Shown: positions 56,061 through 64,000 of the stretch, piece after piece | Position numbering within the stretch: position 1 is the stretch's first letter | Layout: every line of letters begins with the position of its first letter | DNA from: Gemmatimonas sp. | GTDB taxonomy: Bacteria; Gemmatimonadota; Gemmatimonadetes; Gemmatimonadales; Gemmatimonadaceae | Direction of reading: 5' to 3' | Assembly (NCBI GenBank): GCA_965279375.1 | Contig: OZ257156.1 | Location: 5,216,001-5,280,000 of the forward strand | Length of the DNA stretch: 64,000 bases | Program-made: the position numbers and the translations under genes | The notes under the pieces: generated by a model | Told to the model about the DNA's origin: nothing | The model's input: only the letters and a program-made list of their open reading frames with translations | The model's database searches: none

Positions 56061-57290
56061 CTATGAGCAGCGCGCAGGGGTGAAAGCACCGTCGTCATTG
56101 ATTGTTTCGATATGCGCCATTGACGGAAACGGCGACAGCGCGCGTGGCCGTGCCGTCGTGACGGTGCGAGATGGCGCGCTGCGGCATGCGGCATTGACGC
56201 ATCCCGGGCACTTGTGACGATACTGCGAGCTCGCCAGCTCGTTGGCGCCGAGGTGCGACGCGACGATGTCGGCCAGCGCGTCGAGGAACTCGGGGCGCGC
56301 GTTGAGCGATGGCGCGCGCCGGAAGCCCGTCATGCCGAGCGACGCGGCGAGATCGCCGTATTCGATGTCGATCTCCGAGAGCGTTTCGATGTGATCGCTG
56401 GTGAAGGCGATCGGCACCACCAGCACGTTGTTGCGCCCCTGCGCAGCCAGTCGACGGATGACGTGCTCCGTGCTGGTGCCAAGCCAGCGCACTGGTCCGA
56501 CTTCCGACTGATACGAAAGCAGCTGAGGATTGGGCAGATCGAGTGCTTGCGTCACGCGGCTGACGGTTGCGGCGACTTCGGCAGGGTACGTATCGCCACG
56601 CTCGATGACGGAAAGCGGCAGTGAGTGTGCGCTGTAGAGCAGCAACACGTCGTCACGCTCGTCCGGTCGAAACTGTCGCAGCCCTTCTTCGACCACGTCG
56701 GCGACGGCGCGCACGAAGCCCTCGTGTTCGCCCCACCGATCGATGATGCTCCACTCGAACGCATCCTGTAGCTGCAGCCGATCGAGCGCGCGCCAGAGTT
56801 CGTTGAGGCTCGAGCCTGTGGTGGTGCACGACCATTGCGGATACTGCGTGAACGCGATCGCGCGCGTGATGCCGTCTGCCTGCATGGCGCGCAATGCATC
56901 GTCGGCCGAGGGGTTCACGTAGCGAAAGGCCACGTAGAAGCGATGTGGCGCGGTGTCTGGTGACATTGCGTCGAGACGCGCACAGAGGCCGGCGCCTTGC
57001 GCTTCCGTCCAGCGCCGAATGGGCGATCCGCCACCGATCGCGCGATAGAGTTCGCGCACCTTGGGGGCGCGTCGCTTGGCGATGAAGCGGCCGAGTACGT
57101 CCTGCCACGGAAGTCGCAACAGTTCGCGGTCGGCGAAGAGGTTGAGCAGAAACGGCTCAACCTCTTCGAGTGTCGCTGGCCCGCCCATGTTGAGCATCAC
57201 AATGCCCGTCCCTCCGCTGTGCGGCTCGCGCAGCGGGGAGACGGTGTGGGCAGCGCGTCGGAACGGGAGAATCGCGTCGTCGAATGACAT
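56061..57290 (-). CDS. hemH: Protoporphyrin ferrochelatase (animal/mitochondrial-like, [2Fe-2S] motif)
   Basis: MLNMGGP, IGGGSPI, FRY, QYPQWSCTTTGSS, SAHSLP, QSEVGP, AFTSDHIETL, CPGCVNAAC. Confidence 0.95.
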   Translation of the reverse strand: MSFDDAILPFRRAAHTVSPLREPHSGGTGIVMLNMGGPATLEEVEPFLLNLFADRELLRLPWQDVLGRFIAKRRAPKVRELYRAIGGGSPIRRWTEAQGAGLCARLDAMSPDTAPHRFYVAFRYVNPSADDALRAMQADGITRAIAFTQYPQWSCTTTGSSLNELWRALDRLQLQDAFEWSIIDRWGEHEGFVRAVADVVEEGLRQFRPDERDDVLLLYSAHSLPLSVIERGDTYPAEVAATVSRVTQALDLPNPQLLSYQSEVGPVRWLGTSTEHVIRRLAAQGRNNVLVVPIAFTSDHIETLSEIDIEYGDLAASLGMTGFRRAPSLNARPEFLDALADIVASHLGANELASSQYRHKCPGCVNAACRSAPSRTVTTARPRALSPFPSMAHIETINDDGAFTPARCS

Positions 57291-57392
57291 GCCAGACAAT
57301 CGGCAGACGCGCAGCGCTGCTCCATTCGCTGCTGTACCTAGACGCGCACTCCGTATTGCTACGCACGCGTCGCTGCCTGCGCGTGCGCCGTA

Positions 57393-58511
57393 CTATCGCA
57401 GCAGCGAACAGATGGAGTCCACGCGCACGTTCGCCTGTACACGCGCCGCGGAGCTACCGACGATCCCCACGCCGGCAGAGTAGCCGCGAATTCCGGCCAG
57501 CACGATCGCATCGCCCGCACTGCCATCGAGCGCGATGTTGAAGATGCCCAGGGTTGACGTCGTTGGAGGGACGATCACGTCGGAGAAGAAGAGCAGCGGC
57601 GCGGTCGCTGCGCCCAGAAACGACGTCAGGATTTCCTGGCGACCATCCGGGAGGGCGACCAGCAAGACCAGCTCCATACTCGTCGTCGCGCCGCCAAGCA
57701 CCGCGATGGCCCGCATCGACGCACTCCAAGTGATCGCTGCGGTCACGTCGATCGAGGTATAGCCCTTGGGCCACGAGACGGTGGAGCCCATGACCACCAA
57801 CACGCTGCCGCCGCCACCCGCCAGCACTGGAGCAAAGGTCATGGTATCGATGAATCCGTTGCCGGACCGCAGGTCTACGCCGCCGCGGTTAGCAATGATG
57901 GCGAGCCCATCGCGTGACTGACTGGCATTGGAGCTCGTGTACGGCGCCCGCTGGCAGACGTTCAGTTGGGGCGGCTTCTCGTCCAGGGCCTGACGCGACG
58001 TGCCGACGTCCTGTGGGGGCGTCGTCGATGCGGGCGGCGCGGGTGGATCACCGAAGACGTATTCGAGGCCTAGGCGCGAGTACTGCCCGCGCCAGCTGCG
58101 CAGCTTCTCGGCGGGATCGTCGTTGAGCGCGCCGACCCAGCGTGAGATGCCCGCGCCATCAGAAACATCCTGCCGATCGTACAGTGCACCCAGAGAGGCT
58201 CTCGCCACATCGTCCAGGGCTGCGTTCCACTTCGGCCCAAGATCCTTCCACACCTCGTTGTTCGTGCGGACGCCGTCCGCCTGCTCCTGCAGTCCCTTGC
58301 CCCACGCTTCAGCGACATCGCTGACACGCGCGAGGTGCGCATTGAGCCATTCGTCTGACCGTGCCTCGGCTTCCAGCAGCTTGGTGGTGCGCTCACGCCA
58401 TTGCGACATCGCGTTCATCCCTTCGATGAAGCGTTGCAAGCGTGCGTCAGACGTCGCTTCGAGCGCGCGTTTGAGCCGTTCGTCGATCACATCGTCCGTG
58501 AATGGGGGCAT
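57393..58511 (-). CDS. Hypothetical protein (helical N-half, beta-rich C-half)
   Basis: GGAG RBS before ATG 58511; 372 aa filling the hemH-PBP gap; no motif recognised. Confidence 0.65.
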   Translation of the reverse strand: MPPFTDDVIDERLKRALEATSDARLQRFIEGMNAMSQWRERTTKLLEAEARSDEWLNAHLARVSDVAEAWGKGLQEQADGVRTNNEVWKDLGPKWNAALDDVARASLGALYDRQDVSDGAGISRWVGALNDDPAEKLRSWRGQYSRLGLEYVFGDPPAPPASTTPPQDVGTSRQALDEKPPQLNVCQRAPYTSSNASQSRDGLAIIANRGGVDLRSGNGFIDTMTFAPVLAGGGGSVLVVMGSTVSWPKGYTSIDVTAAITWSASMRAIAVLGGATTSMELVLLVALPDGRQEILTSFLGAATAPLLFFSDVIVPPTTSTLGIFNIALDGSAGDAIVLAGIRGYSAGVGIVGSSAARVQANVRVDSICSLLR

Positions 58512-58680
58512 TCGAAGTACTCCGCCAAGAGGAGAGAGGTTGGAGCGAATCACCAGTGGTGCCGCGTTCCAAGACTGCGCTCTCCACCTCAACCCGACTT
58601 CAACGCTCCTCAACCACTCTCAAATGCGGCGATGCTACGCTCCGGTCGTCCCGGCGCTGATGCCGCGACTGCCGGGCGAC

Positions 58681-60750
58681 TCAGTGTCCGATGGCACCAA
58701 AGCGAAAGAGACTCCATGGCCAGACCGGCGCACCGGGCTCGGTGCCATCGAGATACCACTCGGTGTAGCGACGGTCTGCCGGCGTAGCGGGATCGGCGGG
58801 CTTGCCCGTGGCCCGGTCGAGTTCCACACCAACGACTCCGGGGGGCGGCGTCCAGGCGCCGCTGCCGCGTGCGCCGTACGCGGACGCGATGATGTGCCCG
58901 GCGATCGGGGCGGCGAGTGTACCGCCGACCGCGCCCGGCGAGATCATGGCCGGCTTGTCGAATCCGATCCAGACGCCGGTGACAAGTTCGGGAGTCATCC
59001 CGACGAACCAGACGTCGGCGTTGTCGTTGGTGGTGCCCGTCTTTCCCGCGACCGCGATCCGTGGCGGCACGATACGACGCAGCGCCGTGGCGGTACCGCG
59101 GCTGACGACATCCTGCATCATGTCGCGCATGATGAACGCGATGCGCGGGTCCATCGCTGCACGCAGCGGCGGCGCGGGCGGCGTGTACGCGGCGCGTCCG
59201 GTGCGATCGTCGATGCGCGTGATGAAGCGCGGCTCGATGGCGACGCCACCATTGTCAAACGTGGCATACGCCGCGACGAAGTCGAGCGGCTGCACGACGG
59301 ACGCGCCGAGTGCGCTCGATGGATAGGTGGCGATCGGTGACCGCAGTCCGGCCCGTCGCGCGAGCGCGATGACCGAGTCCATGCCCACGGCCATCGCGAG
59401 TTGCACGGCAACGGGATTGCGCGAGCGGGTCAGCGCTTCGCGCATCGTGATGCTGCCGAGGAAGCTGTTGTCCGAGTTGTCCGGGCTGTAGTACTGCCCG
59501 TTGTCGAGCCGGATGCGGAGCGCGGTGTCGGCCACCTGGCTGCTGGCGGTCAACCCTTCGGCGAGTGCTTGCGCATACACGAAGGCCTTGAAGGCCGATC
59601 CTGGCTGTCGATTGCCATCGACGGCGCGATTGAACGACGAGCGCGCGTAGTCACGGCCGCCGACGAGTGCACGCACATCGCCGGTGGTAGGATCGAGCAC
59701 GACGGCGGCGCCTTCGAGGCACGCCGATACCTTGGCCGGTTTGCGAGCGGGCGTCGTGTCGGCGAGTGCGGCCTTCGCGCACTTGGTACCGCGGAATCCG
59801 GGACGGTCTTCGATCTCGTCGAGCCCACTCGAGACCGACTGCTGCGTGGCGCGCTGCAGTGCCGGATCGATCGTGGTGTGAATGCGATAGCCGCCCTGCA
59901 TCACCGGCACGCCGGCTCGCTCCGCCTGCACGCGCACGATGTCGGTCACCCACGGCGCTGGCAACGCGTCGGCGGTGGACGTCTTGACGGGCTCTCGCTG
60001 TGCCGCCGCCGATTGCGCGGCGGTGATGTACCCCTGTTCGGCCATCAGCGCGAGCACCGTGTTGCGGCGCGTGCGGTTGCGATCCGGGTAGCGTGCGGGG
60101 TCGTACTGCACGGGGCTCTTGGGCATCGACGCCAGCGAGGCGGCTTCGGCCAGCGTGAGGTCGGCGGCGCCTTTGCCGAAGAACTGGCGGGCCGCCATCT
60201 CGATGCCATACGCGCCACGCCCGAAGCTGATCTGGTTGAGGAATGCCTCGAGGATCTGCTCCTTGTTGTAGTGCTTCTCCATTTCGCGCGCGGCCTGCTG
60301 CTCGCGGAGCTTGCGCACAGGAGACTTGTCGCGACGGTCGATCAGATCCGGGTGCATGTTGCCAACCAGGAGCTGCGTGATGGTGCTGGCGCCGCGCAGG
60401 TTGCCCTTGGTGACGGCGTCCTTGATGGCGCCGGCCACGCCCACCAGGTCCACGCCGTCGTGCTGGTAGTAGCGCTTGTCTTCCACGGCGATGAACGCCT
60501 GTCCTACGTAGCGCGGGAGCGAGCGGATCGGCACGCTGAGGCGCCGTTCCCGTCCCATTTGCCCGATCAGCGAACCATCCCGTCCCAGCACCAGCGTCGC
60601 CTGTGCCGGTACGATGATGCGCCACGCCTCCCCAGTGCTCGGCGCGGGGGGAACGGGGGCGACCTGCGCGCGAAGCGGCAGCGCGGCGAGAGTCGCAACT
60701 GCGGCTGCAGCAAGCGCAAGAAAACGGAGTCCGGACAGGGAGCGTGGCAT
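58681..60750 (-). CDS. Class A penicillin-binding protein (PBP1A family)
   Basis: Glycosyltransferase motifs EDKRY, GASTITQ, RKLRE, KEQILEAFLN; transpeptidase motifs SAFK, SRN, KTGT. Confidence 0.95.
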   Translation of the reverse strand: MPRSLSGLRFLALAAAAVATLAALPLRAQVAPVPPAPSTGEAWRIIVPAQATLVLGRDGSLIGQMGRERRLSVPIRSLPRYVGQAFIAVEDKRYYQHDGVDLVGVAGAIKDAVTKGNLRGASTITQLLVGNMHPDLIDRRDKSPVRKLREQQAAREMEKHYNKEQILEAFLNQISFGRGAYGIEMAARQFFGKGAADLTLAEAASLASMPKSPVQYDPARYPDRNRTRRNTVLALMAEQGYITAAQSAAAQREPVKTSTADALPAPWVTDIVRVQAERAGVPVMQGGYRIHTTIDPALQRATQQSVSSGLDEIEDRPGFRGTKCAKAALADTTPARKPAKVSACLEGAAVVLDPTTGDVRALVGGRDYARSSFNRAVDGNRQPGSAFKAFVYAQALAEGLTASSQVADTALRIRLDNGQYYSPDNSDNSFLGSITMREALTRSRNPVAVQLAMAVGMDSVIALARRAGLRSPIATYPSSALGASVVQPLDFVAAYATFDNGGVAIEPRFITRIDDRTGRAAYTPPAPPLRAAMDPRIAFIMRDMMQDVVSRGTATALRRIVPPRIAVAGKTGTTNDNADVWFVGMTPELVTGVWIGFDKPAMISPGAVGGTLAAPIAGHIIASAYGARGSGAWTPPPGVVGVELDRATGKPADPATPADRRYTEWYLDGTEPGAPVWPWSLFRFGAIGH

Positions 60751-60813
60751 CGTGAGGAAAATACATACCCCGCCATCGGTTGATCGGCCGTGGCTCCTGT
60801 CACAGCTTGAAGG

Positions 60814-62739
60814 ATGCCCGGTGAACCGATCCGCCCCCTGACGCTTGCCATCTGCCAGTTCGCCCCGAAAAAGGGCGACACGGCCGCCAACCTCTCCCGC
60901 ATCGGCGCGCTCTGCGCGCAGGCGGCGACGCTCGACCCCAGGCCCCAGGTGGTCCATTTCCCGGAGACGGCGCTGTCTGGCTACTTCGTGGAAGGAGGCG
61001 TGCGCGAAGTGGCGGTGACGGCGGGTGCGCTCGCCTACGACCTGGACGACGCGTATCGCACGGCGTGTGCGGCGTCCGGCATTCACTCGGTGCCGCTCGA
61101 TCTGGTACTCGGCTTTTACGAACGGTGGCACGAGACGCTGCACAACAGCATCGCGTACATCACCATCGGCCTCGATGACGGCCCGCCGATTCTGCGGCAT
61201 GTGCACCGCAAGAATTTCCTCCCCACCTACGGCCTCTTCGACGAAGAGCGGTTCGTGGAGCGCGGCTCCGAGATCCGGGCCTTCGAGACGCCGTGGGGGC
61301 GCGCCGCACTGTTGGTCTGCGAAGACGCGTGGCACTCCGTGGCGGGCACGATTGCCGCGCTCGACGGCGCGCAGGTCGTGTTCGTGTCGTCAGCGGCACC
61401 GGCGCGTGGGCTTTGGCCGCGCGACGACGGCATTCCCGGGCCTTACAGCGCAGCGCGCTGGGAACGGCTGATGCGCGACATCGCCGAAGAGCACGGCATG
61501 TACGCGAGCTTGTCCAACCTCGTCGGTACCGAGGGAGGCAAGCGGTTCTTCGGCTGCTCGATGCTGGTGGGACCGGGCGGTGATGTGCGCGGGCGGGCGC
61601 CCGTGTGGGATGAAAGCTTCGTGTCGGTCACGCTCGATCTCGACGATCTGGTACGTGCGCGCGCCGACGCGCCGTTGCTCAGCGATTTGCGCGTGTCGCT
61701 GCCGCATCTGCTGGACAATGTGAAGCGCGTGCAGGATGGCGCCCCGACGCCGTTGCTGTACGATGGTGCCGAGCCTGCGGCGGCCGACCTGCTCCACAGC
61801 GGACGCGGCTTCACGACGGGCGAATTTCAGGTGCCGCCTGAGGCGCTGTCTATTGCCAATGCGATGGCGCGGCGCGTTCCCGATGCGCTCCCGGTCATTC
61901 GCCACGGGCTGCGCGACCACGGTGGGCCACCGCCGCTCACGATCGACGCGGCGATGGCCGAGTACTGGCTGTGCGGATTTCTGCGTGAGGAGATGACGCG
62001 TCGCGGGTTTGGACGTGCGGTGATTGGCTTGTCGGGTGGCGTGGACTCCGCCGTTACGGCATTTCTGGCGGCGAAGGCACTGGGCGCGCAGAACGTGGTG
62101 GGTGTGCGATTGCCGTATCGCACGTCGAGCGCGGAGTCGCTGGACCACGCGCAGCTGGTGATCGATGCACTCGGGATCGAGTCGCGCACGATGGACATCT
62201 CGGGCGCGGTGGATGGCTATCTGGCCAACGAGCCCGAAGCCGATGGCGGCCGTCGCGGCAACGTGATGGCGCGCACGCGCATGATCGCGCTCTTCGATCT
62301 CTCCGCCAAGTATCACGCGCTGCCGTTGGGGACGGGCAACAAGACGGAGCGCTTGTTCGGATACTTCACGTGGCACGCGGACGATTCGCCGCCGGTGAAT
62401 CCGATTGGCGATTTGTACAAGACGCAGGTGTGGGAGCTCGCGCGTCATCTCGGTGTGCCCGAGGTGATCATCAACAAGCCCGCAACGGCCGACCTCATTG
62501 TGGGGCAGACGGACGAAGCGGATTTGGGGATCAGCTACGCGCGCGCTGACGACATCCTCAACGGACTGCTGCACGGCTTCTCTCATGAAGCGATGCGGTC
62601 GCGTGGATTCCAGCCGGAAGAGTTGGCGCTGGTGCAACGCCGGTTGAGTGGCACCCATTGGAAGCGACGTCCGCCGTCGACGGCCATGGTGAGCAGCTCG
62701 GGGATCGGCGAATCGTATCTGCGGCCGGTGGACTACTGA
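60814..62739 (+). CDS. nadE: Glutamine-dependent NAD+ synthetase
   Basis: Nitrilase-fold domain (FPET, RKNFLPTY, VCED) plus synthetase domain (GLSGGVDS, GNVMARTRM, GTGNKTE, PIGDLYKT). Confidence 0.96.
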   Translation: MPGEPIRPLTLAICQFAPKKGDTAANLSRIGALCAQAATLDPRPQVVHFPETALSGYFVEGGVREVAVTAGALAYDLDDAYRTACAASGIHSVPLDLVLGFYERWHETLHNSIAYITIGLDDGPPILRHVHRKNFLPTYGLFDEERFVERGSEIRAFETPWGRAALLVCEDAWHSVAGTIAALDGAQVVFVSSAAPARGLWPRDDGIPGPYSAARWERLMRDIAEEHGMYASLSNLVGTEGGKRFFGCSMLVGPGGDVRGRAPVWDESFVSVTLDLDDLVRARADAPLLSDLRVSLPHLLDNVKRVQDGAPTPLLYDGAEPAAADLLHSGRGFTTGEFQVPPEALSIANAMARRVPDALPVIRHGLRDHGGPPPLTIDAAMAEYWLCGFLREEMTRRGFGRAVIGLSGGVDSAVTAFLAAKALGAQNVVGVRLPYRTSSAESLDHAQLVIDALGIESRTMDISGAVDGYLANEPEADGGRRGNVMARTRMIALFDLSAKYHALPLGTGNKTERLFGYFTWHADDSPPVNPIGDLYKTQVWELARHLGVPEVIINKPATADLIVGQTDEADLGISYARADDILNGLLHGFSHEAMRSRGFQPEELALVQRRLSGTHWKRRPPSTAMVSSSGIGESYLRPVDY

Positions 62740-62753
62740 GCGACTCCGCCGTG

Positions 62754-63353
62754 GTGCAGGAGTTCCAGCTGTACCTGCAGCTCGGCTTTCGGCATATCGC
62801 CGACCTCACCGGCTACGACCACATCCTGTTCGTCGCCGCACTCGCCATTCCGTTCGCACCGCGCGACTGGCGGCGACTGGCGTGGCTGGTGACGGCGTTC
62901 ACCATCGGGCACAGCATCACGTTGGCGCTGGCAACGCTGCAGCTCGTGAGCGTCTCCTCTGCGCTGGTGGAAACGCTGATTCCCGCGACAATCATCGCGA
63001 CCGCGGCGCTGGCCGTCGTGGATATGCGTCGCGCGTCTGCGAACGCGAACGATCGCGCGCTGGGCGCGGTACGCTATGCGATGGCGGCCGCGTTCGGCCT
63101 CATCCACGGGCTCGGCTTCTCGACGTATCTGCGCGCGTTGCTGGGGGCGGAAGAGAGCATCGCGCTGCCGCTGTTCGCGTTCAACGTGGGGCTGGAGCTG
63201 GGGCAGCTGTGCATCCTGCTGTGCGTGTTGGCGATAGGCGCCCTCGTTGTCCGACTTGGCGTGCCCCGGGATCGTTGGTCACTCCTGTTGGCTGGCGTGA
63301 CGGGCGGCCTCGCGGTGATGTTGCTGATACAGCGGCTTGGCGCCGCGACGTAG
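62754..63353 (+). CDS. HupE/UreJ family membrane protein
   Basis: GFRHI, GYDHILF, TAFTIGHSITL, FGLIHGLGF, FNVGLELGQ. GTG start 62751 or 62754. Confidence 0.92.
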   Translation: MQEFQLYLQLGFRHIADLTGYDHILFVAALAIPFAPRDWRRLAWLVTAFTIGHSITLALATLQLVSVSSALVETLIPATIIATAALAVVDMRRASANANDRALGAVRYAMAAAFGLIHGLGFSTYLRALLGAEESIALPLFAFNVGLELGQLCILLCVLAIGALVVRLGVPRDRWSLLLAGVTGGLAVMLLIQRLGAAT

Positions 63354-63409
63354 CGTGCTGCCGCAGCTGCGGCGGCGCGTGTAGGAGTCCGTCTCTTACC
63401 CGCTTCTCC

Positions 63410-64000
63410 ATGTCCTCGATTTCTTTGGACCGTCGGACGATTGGCCGAGCCGCTTGCACCGCGCTGGCCATCCTGGCGGTGCCGTGGCAGGTCGCGTCCG
63501 CACAGCAGTGGCTCAACGCGGAGCCTAACCCTCGCACGAACAAGTCATCGTTCCGCGCACTGGATGAATGGCCCTCGCCGAATGATTTCCGCGATGCATC
63601 GGGATCACCGGGTCCGCGCTACTGGCAACAGCGCGTGGACTACGTGATTCGCGCAACGCTCGACACGGTGTCGCACGGCATCACCGGCACCGAGCGCGTG
63701 ACGTATCGCAACAACTCGCCCAATACGTTGACGTATCTGTGGTTTCAGCTCGACCAGAACATCGAAGACAAGACGAGTCGCGCCAACTTGAGCAAGGACG
63801 CGCTGCCTGCGACGATCTCTCCTCAGGCGCGCCGGTTTCTCGTGCCGGAGAAGGACGAATTCGGCGGCTATGACATCAAGCGCGTGGCGACTGTTTCACT
63901 CAAGGGCGGCAGCAAGGCTGCGCGCTATCTCGTGAACGGCACGCAGATGCGCGTGGAGCTCGAGACGCCGCTGCCATCGGGTGCGTCCACACAGCTCGAC
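63410..64000 (+). CDS. M1-family metallopeptidase, N-terminal part (runs off the window)
   Basis: Not in the ORF track; hand translation from ATG 63410 gives a signal peptide, then SGSPGPRYWQQRVDYVIRATLD...YRNNSPNTLTYLWFQLDQN, typical of secreted M1 peptidases next to HupE genes. HEXXH lies outside the window. Confidence 0.82.
   Translation, partial: MSSISLDRRTIGRAACTALAILAVPWQVASAQQWLNAEPNPRTNKSSFRALDEWPSPNDFRDASGSPGPRYWQQRVDYVIRATLDTVSHGITGTERVTYRNNSPNTLTYLWFQLDQNIEDKTSRANLSKDALPATISPQARRFLVPEKDEFGGYDIKRVATVSLKGGSKAARYLVNGTQMRVELETPLPSGASTQLD

Noticed and set aside
58681..61335. 884-aa extended PBP and other long N-terminal extensions in the ORF track
   Set aside because: The extensions overlap neighbouring genes (here nadE); signal/TM segments and RBS support the shorter starts used.
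1..64000. CRISPR array, tRNA/rRNA, transposase, integrase, prophage or defence genes
   Set aside because: No regularly spaced repeat-spacer units, cloverleaf or rRNA-like stretch, or matching protein motif was seen; almost all sequence is assigned to CDS.

Overview
This is a GC-rich, gene-dense bacterial chromosomal segment. Gene content (FecR/ECF pair, PEP-CTERM protein, PorV-like barrel, tandem membrane Ser/Thr kinases, DUF5916 and HupE/M1-peptidase genes) suggests Gemmatimonadota (Gemmatimonas-like); this is an inference, not a database result. About 48 CDS can be supported, mostly housekeeping, envelope or regulatory genes: msrB, beta-oxidation genes, ispH, yjjX, tag, pfkA, lon, hemH, a class A PBP, nadE and two SF2 helicases. 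I found no tRNA, rRNA, CRISPR array, transposase, integrase or phage gene. The most interesting signals are: (i) a TetR whose palindromic operators link a tetR-ECF sigma operon to a divergent GNAT-FIST(NosP-like)-GGDEF/EAL operon; (ii) a DEAH-like helicase whose motif Ia appears to lie before the Walker A loop; (iii) an animal-type [2Fe-2S] ferrochelatase; (iv) a readable ECF promoter motif shared by fecR and a lipoprotein gene; (v) a 172-bp palindromic element; (vi) a shared TTGEFxV peptide in apparent insertions of Lon and NadE near a tandem kinase pair; (vii) an lvaD/C/A-like SDR-ACAD-kinase cluster preceded by 11-bp repeats; (viii) several apparently leaderless genes. All product calls come from motif recognition by eye. 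Many starts were moved from the ORF track to the codon best supported by an RBS or gene overlap and are approximate.
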